64,000 bases of DNA from Candidatus Multivoradales bacterium (GTDB lineage Bacteria; Acidobacteriota; Thermoanaerobaculia; Multivoradales; JAHEKO01). The stretch lies in NCBI GenBank assembly GCA_965223855.1, contig CBDCXM010000009.1, positions 1,056,001 through 1,120,000 of the forward strand, written 5' to 3'. The translations under genes and the position numbers were made by a program. The notes beneath the pieces are model-generated. The model saw only the letters and a list, made by a program, of their open reading frames with translations. It searched no databases and had not been told where the DNA came from. Shown here piece by piece: positions 30,309-43,957 of the stretch; positions within the stretch are counted from its first letter, which is position 1, and the number at the start of each line of letters is the position of its first letter.

Positions 30309-31553
30309 CTAGGAGAAGACTTCCCGGATCTTGCCGATGCCTTCGGCGAGGCGGTCGAGGTCGGATCGGGTGTTGTAGAGGGCGAGCGAGGCTCGGGCGG
30401 TGGCGGCGACGCCGTAGAAGTCCATGACGGGCTGGGCGCAGTGGTGGCCGGCCCTTACGGCGATGCCCTCGCGGTCGAGGATGGTGCCGATGTCGTGGGC
30501 GTGGACGTCGCCGATGAGGAAGGAGAGGACGCTCGCCTTCTTCTCGGCGGTGCCGATGAGGGTGAGGTCGGGGATGGACTCGAGGAGCTCGGTGCCGTAG
30601 GCGAGGAGCTCTTCCTCGTAGGCGGCGACCTGTTTGAGGTCGAGGCTCTTGAGGAAGTCCACGGCCGCGCCCATGCCGATGGCGCCGGCGATGTTGGGGG
30701 TGCCGGCCTCGAACTTCGCCGGCACCTCGGCCCAGTCGCTGCCTTCGAAGGTGACGGTGCGGATCATCTCGCCGCCGCCCTGGTAGGGGGGCATGTCGTT
30801 GAGGTGCTCGAGCTTGCCGTAGAGGGCGCCGATGCCGCTGGGGCCGAACATCTTGTGGCCGGAGATGGTGTAGAAGTCGGCGCCGAGGGTGGCCACGTCG
30901 ATCGGCATGTGGGGCGCGGCCTGGGCGCCGTCGACGAGGACGGGGATGCCCTTGGCGTGGGCCGCCTCGATGATCTCGGCGACCGGGTTGATGGTGCCGA
31001 GCGCGTTCGAGATGTGGTTGCAGGCGACGATTCGGGTGCGGTCGGTGAGGCGGCTTTCGAACTCGTCCCAGATGAGCTCGCCCTTCTGGTTCATGGGGGC
31101 GACGACGAGCTTGGCCTTCTTCTCGGCGCACAGCAGCTGCCAGGGGACGATGTTCGAGTGGTGCTCCATCGCGGTGATGAGCACTTCGTCGCCCTCGCCG
31201 ACCCGCTGCCTGCCGAAGGTCTGGGCGACGAGGTTGATGCCCTCGGTGGTGCCGCGGACGAAGACGACCTCTCTGGGGCAGCTGGTGCCGAGGAAGGTGG
31301 CGACCTTCTGGCGCGCCGCCTCGTAGGCCTCGGTCGAGAGCTGGCTGAGCTTGTGAACGCCGCGGTGGACGTTCGAGTAGTACTCGCGGTAGCAGCGCAT
31401 CTCCGCTTCGATCACCGTGTCCGGCTTCTGGGCGGAGGCGGCGCTGTCGAGGTAGATCAGCGGTTTGCCGTAGACCTTGGTCGTCAGCGCCGGGAAGCGG
31501 CGCCTTACGGACTCGACGTCGTAGGCGGTGGCGTTGGTGGCCGCGGTGGTCAT
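30309..31553 (-). CDS. sufS: Cysteine desulfurase
   Basis: YLDSAASAQKP, SGHKMFGPSGIG and RAGHHCAQP motifs. Confidence 0.97.
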   Translation of the reverse strand: MTTAATNATAYDVESVRRRFPALTTKVYGKPLIYLDSAASAQKPDTVIEAEMRCYREYYSNVHRGVHKLSQLSTEAYEAARQKVATFLGTSCPREVVFVRGTTEGINLVAQTFGRQRVGEGDEVLITAMEHHSNIVPWQLLCAEKKAKLVVAPMNQKGELIWDEFESRLTDRTRIVACNHISNALGTINPVAEIIEAAHAKGIPVLVDGAQAAPHMPIDVATLGADFYTISGHKMFGPSGIGALYGKLEHLNDMPPYQGGGEMIRTVTFEGSDWAEVPAKFEAGTPNIAGAIGMGAAVDFLKSLDLKQVAAYEEELLAYGTELLESIPDLTLIGTAEKKASVLSFLIGDVHAHDIGTILDREGIAVRAGHHCAQPVMDFYGVAATARASLALYNTRSDLDRLAEGIGKIREVFS

Positions 31554-31574
31554 ACCTGGCGGGAACCGTCGTTG

Positions 31575-32922
31575 TTAGACGGCCTGTCTTACGACCTCAC
31601 CCTTCGGCAGGCGGCGGAAGAGGAACTCCTCCAGATCCTGCCGGAGCTGCGGCACCTTCACTCGCGTGACGATGTCGGCGGCGAAGGCGTAGGTCAGGAG
31701 CGACCGTGCCGCCTCTTCACCGATGCCTCTGGAGCGCAGGTAGAAGACGGCGATGTCGTCGAGCTGGCCCGTGGTGCTGCCGTGGGTGCACTTGACGTCG
31801 TCGGCGAAGATCTCGAGCTGCGGCTGCGAGTGAGCGAGCGCGTCGTCGGAGAGCAGCAGGTTGCGGTTGGTCTGGATGGCGTCGGTCTTCTGGGCGCCTT
31901 CCTTGACGTAGATCCGCCCGGTGAAGGACGTCCGCGCCTTGCCCTCGAGCACGCCCTTGTAGAGGTTGTGCGAAAAGCAGTGCGGAGCGTTGTGCTCGAC
32001 CCGCATGTGGTTGTTGACGTACTGCTGGCCCTCGACCATGTAGAGGCCGTTGAGATGCGCCTCGCACCCTTCACCGTCGAGGGTGGCGTTGACGTCGTTG
32101 CGGACGATCGCGCCGCCCCAGGAGAGGCAGTGGGAGGAGAAGTGGCCAGCGCGGCCGACCTTCACCTGCAGGGTGGAGAGGTGGAAGGCGTCCAGTCGAC
32201 TCGCGCTGGAGCTTGTAGTGGTCGATGGTGGCGTTGTCGCCGGTGACCGCCTCGAGGAGGGGGCAGGTGAAGTAGCTGCCGCCATCTCCTACGGTCACGT
32301 GCTGCTCGAAGACGGTCATCTCGGCCGACTCGCCGGCGACCATCAGCAGGCGCGGGAACATCGCCGCCGGCTCCGCTTCGGGGGTCGAGGCGACGATCAG
32401 GTTGATCGGCTGCTCGAGCACCACCTTCGGCGGCACGTAGAGGAACACGCCGTCCCTGAAGAGTGCGGTGTTGAGCGCGACGAACGGGTGGCTCTCGATG
32501 TCGGCGTAGCGGCCGAGGTGCTCGTCGACCAGCTCCGGGTGCTCTTCGATGGCGCTCGCGAGCGAGCCGACGATGACGCCCTCGGGCAGGTTGTCGAGGC
32601 GCGAGAGCTCCGGCGCCAGGCGGCCGTTGACGACCACCAGCTGGGTGAAGTTGTCGTAGCTGTAGCGCTCGAGGTCGGCGGCGGTGACTTGCGCGGGAGT
32701 TGCCGAAACGCTCTTGACCGACTGGGCGATCGGCGCCAGGTTGGTGTTGCGCCAGTTCTCGTCGCGGCGCGACGGGAAGCCGGTCTCGGTGAAGCGGTCG
32801 ATCGCCTGCTGGCGGAGCGCCGCCAGCCGCTCGCCGCCGGGGAGCTCGCCCTTGGTGCCGGCGAACGCGGCGCCGTACATCTCTACCGGCGTCATTTCAG
32901 AAGGTGGGTTTGCGACAGCCAT
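31575..32922 (-). CDS. sufD: Fe-S cluster assembly protein SufD (one frameshift near 32190)
   Basis: FPSRRDENWRNTNL N-terminus; PQLEIFADDVKCTHGSTTGQLD...FYLRSRGI C-terminus in a second frame. Confidence 0.93.
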
Positions 32923-32935
32923 CGTCTCGGTGCCC

Positions 32936-33733
32936 TCAGGCGCCGACGGGCGCCGGCTCCATCTCGGGCTTGCCGGTGGCGCCGCCGTCGAAGGCGCCGT
33001 AGCCCTGCTCTTCGAGCTTGAGCGCCAGCTCCTTGCCGCCGGTCTCGACGATGCGGCCGTCGACCATCACGGAGACGACGTCGGGGACGATGTAGTCGAG
33101 CAGGCGCTGGTAGTGGGTGATGACGACGAAGCCGCGCTCGTCGTTGCGGAGCGTGTTGACGCCCTCGGCGACGATCTTGAGCGCATCGATGTCGAGGCCG
33201 GAGTCGGTCTCATCGAGCAGCGCCAGCACCGGGTCGAGCACCGCCATGTGGAACACCTCGTTGCGCTTCTTCTCACCGCCCGAGAAGCCCTCGTTGACGG
33301 GGCGCTGGAGCAGCTCCTCGTCCATCTTGACGAGCGCCATCTTCTCGCGCACGTAGGTGAGGAAGTCCATGGCGTCGATCTCTTCCTGGTCGCGGTGCTT
33401 GCGGATCGCGTTGAGCGCGGCCTTCAGGAAGTAGACGTTGGAGACGCCGGGGATCTCGACCGGGTACTGGAAGGCGAGGAAGATGCCCTCGCGCGCGCGC
33501 TCTTCGGGCTCGAGCTCGAGAAGGTCCTCACCCTTGTAGGTGATGGAGCCCTCGGTGATCTCGTACTCCTCGTGCCCGGCGAGCACCTGGGCGAGGGTCG
33601 ACTTGCCGGAGCCGTTGGGCCCCATGATGGCGTGCACCTGGCCGGGCTCGATGGTGAGGTCGAGGCCCTTCAGGATTTCGATGTCGCTGTCTTCCACCTT
33701 GACGTGGAGGTTCTTGATTTCGAGCAGACTCAT
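32936..33733 (-). CDS. sufC: Fe-S cluster assembly ATPase
   Basis: [33 protein letters not shown] and [11 protein letters not shown] motifs. Confidence 0.97.
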   Translation of the reverse strand: MSLLEIKNLHVKVEDSDIEILKGLDLTIEPGQVHAIMGPNGSGKSTLAQVLAGHEEYEITEGSITYKGEDLLELEPEERAREGIFLAFQYPVEIPGVSNVYFLKAALNAIRKHRDQEEIDAMDFLTYVREKMALVKMDEELLQRPVNEGFSGGEKKRNEVFHMAVLDPVLALLDETDSGLDIDALKIVAEGVNTLRNDERGFVVITHYQRLLDYIVPDVVSVMVDGRIVETGGKELALKLEEQGYGAFDGGATGKPEMEPAPVGA

Positions 33734-33768
33734 GGTCGTAGTTTCCTTAGCGTCTCGGGGTGAAACGG

Positions 33769-35220
<1,452 letters not shown>

Positions 35221-35405
35221 GGTGCCTCCTCCTTGGAGTCGGATTCCGAGCCGCACCCGAGGGCGGGTGGCGGCGAGTGTTGCGGTTCAGGTGGTTGGGG
35301 GTGCCGGCTGTTGCGTCTCTGCCAATGCCGTTGTGCTGCGGGTCGCTCGATGTTGTTCGCGCTCAGTAGCGTGCCGGTTTCGCCGCTGCTGGCGACCCTC
35401 ATCGG

Positions 35406-35443
35406 AAACGGGACCGTTTTGGTCCCTTTTCGGAATGGTAGCA
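35406..35443 (-). promoter_or_regulatory. Putative Rrf2/SufR operator and extended -10 upstream of sufB
   Basis: Palindrome aaacgggacc-N5-ggtccctttt next to TGCTACCAT (minus strand); a similar arrangement recurs at 36849-36890. Confidence 0.7.
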
Positions 35444-35529
35444 GAGCGCCGCGGCTTGTCCAAGACGCCGCGAAGGCAGGTAGTGGGTCAGCTGACCCAC
35501 TACCCGAAGGTAGCGACAAGTGTCGGCCG

Positions 35530-35572
35530 AAAAAGGAAAACCCGCCGGCCGGAGCGTCTCCGGCGGCGGGCT
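35530..35572 (-). terminator. Rho-independent terminator
   Basis: GC hairpin cccgccg(g)ccggag-cgt-ctccggcggcggg followed by TTTTCCTTTT on the minus strand. Confidence 0.8.
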
Positions 35573-35594
35573 CAGAGTCTCTCGTTCAGACGAC

Positions 35595-36257
35595 TCAGTC
35601 GGCGTCGAGCTCGAACTCGAGCAGCTCGACCGGGACGACCACGGTGCCGGTGGCGCGCAGCATCGCGTTGGCGTTCGACAGCACGGCGTAGTTGGCGCCG
35701 GCGCCGCCGCCGAAGCTCATCTGCATGCCGTGGAAGCCCTGCGCGTTGGTCGACGCGCTCCTCAGCCCCAGGACGCCGCGGCTCGGCTGGCCGCTGTTGA
35801 GGTACATCACCGCCATGAAGTCGTTGCCGACCGGCACGGGGGCGATGCTGATGCCGTCGAAGGTGCTGTTGGTCACCGTGCCGAGGGTAAAGCCGGCAAT
35901 GTAGGGCGCGCCTCCACCGCCGGTGGGCGGGCCCCACAGCGCCACGAGGCCGCCGCCGAGGGTGTTGTTCTGGAGGTAGAAGGAGACCGCGGAGACCGAG
36001 CCGGTGCTGAGCGGCGAACCGTTCCTGGTGTTGAAGCGGTTGCCGATCGACTGGCTGGGACCGCCGCCGCCGAGGGTGAAGTCGGCCGGGGTGCCGGGAT
36101 CGTAGGCGATCGTGCCGGTGCCTTGCGGCGTGGTCTTCTCCTCGCTGGGCTGCGGGTTGCGGTTCGGGTGGTGGCCCTGGGCGAGCGCGGCGTCGCACAG
36201 CACGAGCGCGAGTGCGACGACGAGCAGGGACAGGCAGACGTTCTTCGCGGCCTTCAT
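35595..36257 (-). CDS. Secreted protein with C-terminal PVEL-xx-F motif; paralog of 18777-19493
   Basis: Signal peptide MKAAKNVCLSLLVVALALVLCDAALA; ends VVVPVELLEFELDAD. Confidence 0.8.
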   Translation of the reverse strand: MKAAKNVCLSLLVVALALVLCDAALAQGHHPNRNPQPSEEKTTPQGTGTIAYDPGTPADFTLGGGGPSQSIGNRFNTRNGSPLSTGSVSAVSFYLQNNTLGGGLVALWGPPTGGGGAPYIAGFTLGTVTNSTFDGISIAPVPVGNDFMAVMYLNSGQPSRGVLGLRSASTNAQGFHGMQMSFGGGAGANYAVLSNANAMLRATGTVVVPVELLEFELDAD

Positions 36258-36321
36258 GGCGTTCTCCTGCGGTTCTTGCCCGGTAGCGGGCGCTTTCCGA
36301 CTGGGGGAAAGCGTGAGCGTA

Positions 36322-36795
36322 TCAGAGCTTTGCGCGGCCGGCGTCGCCGTGGCCACCGCTGCCGAGGGTCACGAGCGGGGGCGAGAAGCTCGCCGCCACG
36401 GTCATCTCCGCCAGGGTGATCCCTTCGAGGGCGCCGCGGATCGCGTCGTTGATCCGCTGCCAGTGGCCGCGGATGGCACACGACGGCTCCTGGCTGCATT
36501 CGCCGGGGGTGTCGTCGATGCACTCGGTGATGGCGATCGGGCCGTCGAGCGCCGAGATGATGTCGGCGACGTTGATCTCCTCCGCCGGGCGCGCCAGGCG
36601 GTAGCCTCCCTTGACCCCGCGCAGCGAGTCGAGCAGCCCCGCGCGGGCGAGCGCCTTGAGGATCTTGCTGACCGTCGGCGCCGGCAGCTGGGTGGCGGCG
36701 GCCGCCTCGGCGGCGGTCACCTGGCGTTCCGGCTCCTCGGCCATGCGGGCGAGGAGCACGATGCCGTAGTCGGCCTGCTTGGTCATGCGGATCAT
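36322..36795 (-). CDS. Rrf2-family SUF system transcriptional regulator
   Basis: MIRMTKQADYG..., SLRGVKGGYRLAR, C-x7-C-x5-C cluster ligands. Confidence 0.93.
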   Translation of the reverse strand: MIRMTKQADYGIVLLARMAEEPERQVTAAEAAAATQLPAPTVSKILKALARAGLLDSLRGVKGGYRLARPAEEINVADIISALDGPIAITECIDDTPGECSQEPSCAIRGHWQRINDAIRGALEGITLAEMTVAASFSPPLVTLGSGGHGDAGRAKL

Positions 36796-36848
36796 CGGCG
36801 GGGCTCGGCGTCGGTGGATGAGGGGCGGCGGATCGGGAGACGCAGTGG

Positions 36849-36890
36849 AAAGAGGGTCGGTTTGGTCCTCTTTCGAACGGAAGGGTAGCA
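36849..36890 (-). promoter_or_regulatory. Putative Rrf2 autoregulatory operator and extended -10
   Basis: aaagagggtc-N5-ggtcctcttt and TGCTACCCT (minus strand). Confidence 0.7.
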
Positions 36891-36944
36891 GAGCCGTCGG
36901 GAGACGGCGAGACGTTCGGATGCCCGCCTCGGGTGACCGCTCGG

Positions 36945-38909
<1,965 letters not shown>

Positions 38910-38959
38910 CGGGGGTCATTGTAGCTGCACGGGCGAGATTATGCTATTATGTAATCGTT

Positions 38960-39232
38960 ATGAGGGCCACTTTCTCCATCGATGAAGCGACGAGGAAAGC
39001 CTTGGAGCGGTTGTCCAGAAGTCGCGGCCAGTCCAAGAGCGCGATCGTGCGCGAGGCAGTTGTCGAGTACGAAGCGAGACGCGACCGACTCACCGAACGA
39101 GAGCGGCAAGAGCAGCTGTCGGCGCTCGCGACGTTCAAGCAGACGCCGATCCTGGGCGATCAGGCCCAGGTCGAAGCTGAGCTTGCCGAGATCAGAGCAT
39201 CCCGGCAGGCTGCTTCCAGGGACCGCGAGTAA
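38960..39232 (+). CDS. RHH/CopG antitoxin (VapB-like)
   Basis: MRATFSIDEATRKALERLSRSRGQSKSAIVREAV. Confidence 0.85.
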   Translation: MRATFSIDEATRKALERLSRSRGQSKSAIVREAVVEYEARRDRLTERERQEQLSALATFKQTPILGDQAQVEAELAEIRASRQAASRDRE

Positions 39233-39241
39233 GAGGCTCAG

Positions 39242-39613
39242 ATGATCCTCGTCGACACATCAGCGTTGGTTCGCAGTCTCACCGGTCCACGGACGGAGCT
39301 TGGCGCTCTGGAGGCTCTGGTGGGCGAGGGTCGACGATTGGGGTTGCCGGCTCTGGTGCTCTATGAATGGCGTCGTGGCCCTCGAACCGCCGAAGAGCTT
39401 GCGGTTCAGGAGGCGCTCCTGCCGTCAGACCGGGCGATCGAGTTCGACTCGCGGGCAGCGCTGCTTGCAGCGGAGCTCTACCAGCAGCTCGATCGACCCC
39501 GTGATCGTGGCGTCGATATCGCGATTGCGGCTACCGCCCTTTCTCACGATGCCCGACTCTGGACTTTCAACCCTCGCGACTTTCGGGGAATCGAGGGTCT
39601 CGATCTGATCTGA
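39242..39613 (+). CDS. PIN-domain toxin (VapC-like)
   Basis: MILVDTS...E...DIAIAATAL...LWTFNPRDF. Confidence 0.9.
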   Translation: MILVDTSALVRSLTGPRTELGALEALVGEGRRLGLPALVLYEWRRGPRTAEELAVQEALLPSDRAIEFDSRAALLAAELYQQLDRPRDRGVDIAIAATALSHDARLWTFNPRDFRGIEGLDLI

Positions 39614-39641
39614 GACGTCGGTCAGACGAAACAGCCTTGCC

Positions 39642-42119
39642 TCATCGGCGAGCGACCGAGAGGAGACGTGCCGCTTCGACGGCGCGCGCGTCGCGCTCGC
39701 CGAGCGCCTCGGCGAGGCCGTCGGCTGCTTCGCTCAGGTCGGCGATCGCCTCTGTCGGGCGACCGGCCGCGATCAGGAGCTCGCCCAGTTTGGTCTGGGT
39801 GAGCCAGCGGTGGACGCGGGCGTCGGGGCCCAGTTCTTCGAGAACCCGGCGGTAGAGCGGCTCGGCCCGGTCGAGCTCGCCTGCCGCCAGGTACGAGTCG
39901 GCGAGGCCCTTGCGGGCGGTGGTGAACCTCAGGTTGGTGCCCGAGACCCGGCCCTCGAGGTCGAGCACCGATTCGAACGTGCGGACCGCGTCCGCGGGAC
40001 GGTCGAGGTCCCGGTAGAACATCCCGAGGTTGGTCTGCGCGACGACGACGTCGGGATGAAGCGGCCCGTGGAGCGACTCGAGGATCCGGTACGCCTCCTC
40101 GATCAGCGGCAGGCTCTCGGCGGTCTGGCCGGCAGCGTCGAGCACCAGGCCGAGGCCGTTGAGCGAGTCTGCGACCGGGGCCGAGCGGTCGCCGTGAATC
40201 TGACGGCGCATCTCGAGCGCGGTCTCGAGATCGGCGAGGGCGCCGGCGAACAGGCGCTCGTCCTCCTGCCCTCCGTTGAGATAGGCCTCGAACTGCCGGG
40301 ACCCGCGGTAGTGAAGGATGGTCGCCGTGTCGTCGTTGCCCTCGGGGACGAGCCGCTCGAGGGTCGTGAGGGCGGTCGCGAAGAGCTCCTCGGCACGTTG
40401 AAACCGCGGGTCGCTCGGCGGCGTGTGGCGGGTGAAGGCGAAGGCGAGGGTCCGTTGCGCGCGGGCGGACTCGACCGTCTCGCCGCCGGCGAGATCGACG
40501 AACCCCCGGTGCGCCGCCTCGAGCAGTCGCTCGGCCTCGTCCAGCAGTCCGCCGGAGCCGTAGACGGTGCCGGCGGCCAGGAGCGCCTCGAGGGCGCGCT
40601 CGCGCGGTGCGCCGCTCTCGGAGTGGAGGGCGGCGGCGGCTTCGTAGAGCTCGCCGGCTCGCTGGTGGACCTGGAGGTTGGCGAGCCCTTCGGCGATCAC
40701 CTCGAGAACCCGGGCGCGCTGGCCGAGGTCGGCGATCTCGCCGGCGCCGTCGACGCTGCCTTCGAGCAGTGCCCGAGCGGTCAGCTCGTCGGAGCGCGCC
40801 AGGTCGGGATCGCCGAGGCGCAGCACGTCCATCGCGAAGCCGGAGAGCGATTCGGCCGCTGCCTGGCGCTGCTCGGCGACCCGTGCCCAGCGAAGCGACA
40901 CCGCGGTTGCGGCCAGCAGAGCCAGCGCCGCGACGGTCGCGAAGGCGACCGGCCACCGATGGCGGCGGACGAACTTGCGCAACCGGTACGACGCCGACGG
41001 TGCGCGCGCGAGGATCGGCAGGCCGTGGAGGTAGAGCCGCAGGTCCTCGGCGAGTTCGCCCGCCCAGCCGTAGCGCTCGGCCGGATCGACGGCGAGCGCC
41101 TTGGCGACGATCCGCTCGAGGTCGCCGCGCAGCTCGCGCGAGGCGCTGCCGCGCCTACGGGCCGCGGCGGCGAGCGACGGCATCGTCCGTTCCGCGATCC
41201 GCGGGTCGTCGGGCGGCACGACGCCGCCGTCGATGTCGAACGCCGGTGCGCCGGCGAGGATGCGGAACAGCAGGGCGCCGAGGGAGAAGACGTCGGTCGG
41301 GGTGCCGACCGGGTCGCCGCGCAGCTGCTCCGGAGAGGCGTAGGCGAGGGTGTGGGGCGAGAGCATGCCGGTGGCGGTGAGCTGACCGCCGGTGTCGCCG
41401 ACGCCGATCAGCTTGGCGACGCCGAAGTCGAGCAGGTGCACCCGGCCGTCGCCGTCGACCAGCACGTTCGACGGTTTGAGGTCGCGGTGGATGACCAGCT
41501 TCTGGTGGGCGAACTGCACCGCCTCGCACACCTGGAGGAAGAGCTCGATCCGCGCTCGCAGGTCGAGCTCGCGACACGCCTCGTCGAGCGGTCGCCCGTC
41601 GACCAGTTCGAGCACAAGGTAGGGGACCTCGTCGTCGGTGAAGCCGCCGTCGAGCAGACGGGCGATGTTGGGGTGCTCGAGCTGGGCGAGGATGTGGCGT
41701 TCGGCGTCGAAGCGGCGGCGCGCCGAGTCGCTCGCCAGCTCCCAGCGCAGCACCTTGATCGCCACCTCGCGCTCGAAGCTGCCGTCGGCACGCCTCGCCC
41801 GGAACACCCGGCCCATCCCTCCCTGGTCGAGCGGTTCGACGATCTCGTAGGCGCCGAGCCGGTCACCGGGGCGGAGACCGCCGGCGCGGTCGAACCGGCG
41901 CCCGGCGGCTTCGGCGAGACGACCGACCGCTTCACCGACCGGCCGGTCGAGCGGGCCGTCCGGTCGTTCGGCGGCGGCGATCAGCGCCTCGACCTGCTCG
42001 CGCAGCGCGGCGTCGTCTCCGCACAGCTGTGCGAGCAGGCCGGGCCGATCCTCGACCGTGCTCTCGAGGACGGCATCGAGGATCGTCTCGATGCGTGTCC
42101 AGGATGCCCGGTCGATGAT
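39642..42119 (-). CDS. Membrane Ser/Thr protein kinase with TPR repeats
   Basis: GGMGRVF, VAIKVL, HRDLKPSN and DFG motifs; TM segment; TPRs. Start uncertain: ATC codons follow a strong RBS. Confidence 0.93.
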   Translation of the reverse strand: MIDRASWTRIETILDAVLESTVEDRPGLLAQLCGDDAALREQVEALIAAAERPDGPLDRPVGEAVGRLAEAAGRRFDRAGGLRPGDRLGAYEIVEPLDQGGMGRVFRARRADGSFEREVAIKVLRWELASDSARRRFDAERHILAQLEHPNIARLLDGGFTDDEVPYLVLELVDGRPLDEACRELDLRARIELFLQVCEAVQFAHQKLVIHRDLKPSNVLVDGDGRVHLLDFGVAKLIGVGDTGGQLTATGMLSPHTLAYASPEQLRGDPVGTPTDVFSLGALLFRILAGAPAFDIDGGVVPPDDPRIAERTMPSLAAAARRRGSASRELRGDLERIVAKALAVDPAERYGWAGELAEDLRLYLHGLPILARAPSASYRLRKFVRRHRWPVAFATVAALALLAATAVSLRWARVAEQRQAAAESLSGFAMDVLRLGDPDLARSDELTARALLEGSVDGAGEIADLGQRARVLEVIAEGLANLQVHQRAGELYEAAAALHSESGAPRERALEALLAAGTVYGSGGLLDEAERLLEAAHRGFVDLAGGETVESARAQRTLAFAFTRHTPPSDPRFQRAEELFATALTTLERLVPEGNDDTATILHYRGSRQFEAYLNGGQEDERLFAGALADLETALEMRRQIHGDRSAPVADSLNGLGLVLDAAGQTAESLPLIEEAYRILESLHGPLHPDVVVAQTNLGMFYRDLDRPADAVRTFESVLDLEGRVSGTNLRFTTARKGLADSYLAAGELDRAEPLYRRVLEELGPDARVHRWLTQTKLGELLIAAGRPTEAIADLSEAADGLAEALGERDARAVEAARLLSVARR

Positions 42120-42154
42120 CCCCTCCCCTTGCGGCTGCTCAGCCGGACGGCTCT

Positions 42155-43238
42155 TCAGCCGGCAAGGGACAACTCTACCCGACGGTTGGCGCGCCGCCCC
42201 TGCACGGTGGCGTTGTCGCCGATCGGCCGGTCGGCACCATGACCGCTCGGCACCAGCCGGTCGCCGGCGATGCCGTGGACCTGGGCGAGGTAGTCGCAAA
42301 CCGCCCGGGCCCGGGCCTCGCTGAGCTCGCGGTTGTAGGCGGCGTCACCGGTCGAGTCGGTGTGGCCGTCGACCGCCAGCACCCAGTCGGGCTCGCGGGC
42401 GAGGACGTCGGCGACCTCGGCGAGCACCGCGGTCGACTCGGGCAGCAGCTGGGCGCTCGAGGTCTCGAAGAGGATGCCGCGGGGCGATCACGCTCTCGCG
42501 GTTCGCGAGCGCGTCGTAGAGGTCGGAGCCGCCGGCGGCGATCGTCAGATCGGTGATGAGGAGCGGCTCCTCTTCGGTGGCGGCGCCGATGAAGTAGAGC
42601 CGGTCGCCCCGCTCGAGCAGCGCCCGTGGCAGGTTGCCGATGCGGTTCTCCTCGACGTAGAGCTTGGCGTACTCGCCGTCGACCTGGATGCGGATGCGGA
42701 CCGGGCCGCTGAAGAGGCGCTCGTCGGAGCCGGTCGAGCTCGGGCCGAGGCTGTCCTTGGTGCGGATGCCGGTGCCGAGGCGATGGGCGACCGACAGGTA
42801 GGAGGTCTTCAGGTAGTGCTCCCACGAGCCTGTGGTGCGGGGCTTTTCGGTGGTGATGCCGAGGCCGTAGCGAACCCGCTGGCGGCCGGCGCCCTCGACG
42901 AAGTCGAACTCGATGGTGAAGCGCTCGGGCAGCGGCGCCGGCAGCGGCACGGCGAAGGTGCTCTCGGGCGCCTCCATCGCCACCCAGCGGCGGCCGTTCC
43001 AGTCCACGACCTGCATCGCACCGTTCTCGAACTCGAGTCGTTGCGGGAAGTTGCCGACCCGGTCGGCAGTGAAGTCCTCGTAGAACAGCACCTCCTCGCC
43101 CGCCTGGTAGTCGAAGTTCGACCACATGGCGTCGGCCTGGAAGGTCGTGGGCGCGGTGGAGCCCTGCGCCGCGAGGACGGGGGCGACGAGGGCGGCAATG
43201 ACGATGGCGGCGAGCAGGTGGATGCGGGATGAAGTCAT
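42155..43238 (-). CDS. OmpA-family domain protein (one frameshift near 42485)
   Basis: Signal peptide; GHTDSTG...N..LSEARA.AV...GR..NRRVE OmpA domain in a shifted frame. Confidence 0.85.
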
Positions 43239-43375
43239 GGTCTCCTCCGTGGTGAGTCGGGCCGCCGCTCGCGGTTGTCGCGCTCGGTGGCGCGGCGGCC
43301 TCGAGGCCTTCCGGAGCGGGCTACTGAGGTCTACGGAGGATCGGTACGCCGGCGGACATCGGTCGCCGCCCGCGC

Positions 43376-43957
43376 TCAGCCGTCGGTCGCGCTCTGGTCG
43401 AGATGGTGGTGGAGGAAGGCGCGCGCCTTGACCCAGTCGCGGCGGACGGTGCGCTCGGTGACGCCGAGGACGGCGCCGATCTCGGCCTCGGCGAGGCCGC
43501 CGAAGAAGCGGTACTCGACGACGCGTGCGAGGCGCGGGTTGCCGGCCTCTAGCTGCTCGAGTGCCTCGTGGAGCGCCAGCACGTCGATCGCTTCGCGCTC
43601 GATCGCGCCCTGCTCGTCGTCGAGAGTCACGGGCGCCTCGCCGCCGCCCCGCTTCGCCGCCGACTGGTGGCGCGCGACGTCGACCAGCAGGTGGCGCATC
43701 GCGGTCGCCGCGACGGCGAAGAAGTGGGCGCGGTTGTGCCACTGCGGCTCGTCCTGGCCGAGCAGCTTGAGATACGCCTCGTGCACCAGCTCGGTGGTCT
43801 GGAGATCGACGCCGCGGCCGCTGCGATAGCGCTGGCCGCGGGCGATGCGGCGCAGCTCGGCGTAGACGATCGGCAGCAGCTCGTCGAACGCCTCGCCGTC
43901 GCCGTCGCCGATGCGCTCGAGGTAGCGGGTGATGGCGGCGTGGTTGCTGGTGCTCAC
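43376..43957 (-). CDS. ECF-type sigma factor (kinase-associated type)
   Basis: LPIVYAELRRIA, QTTELVHEAYLKL, KRGGG and TVRRDW.KARA motifs. Confidence 0.93.
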   Translation of the reverse strand: MSTSNHAAITRYLERIGDGDGEAFDELLPIVYAELRRIARGQRYRSGRGVDLQTTELVHEAYLKLLGQDEPQWHNRAHFFAVAATAMRHLLVDVARHQSAAKRGGGEAPVTLDDEQGAIEREAIDVLALHEALEQLEAGNPRLARVVEYRFFGGLAEAEIGAVLGVTERTVRRDWVKARAFLHHHLDQSATDG

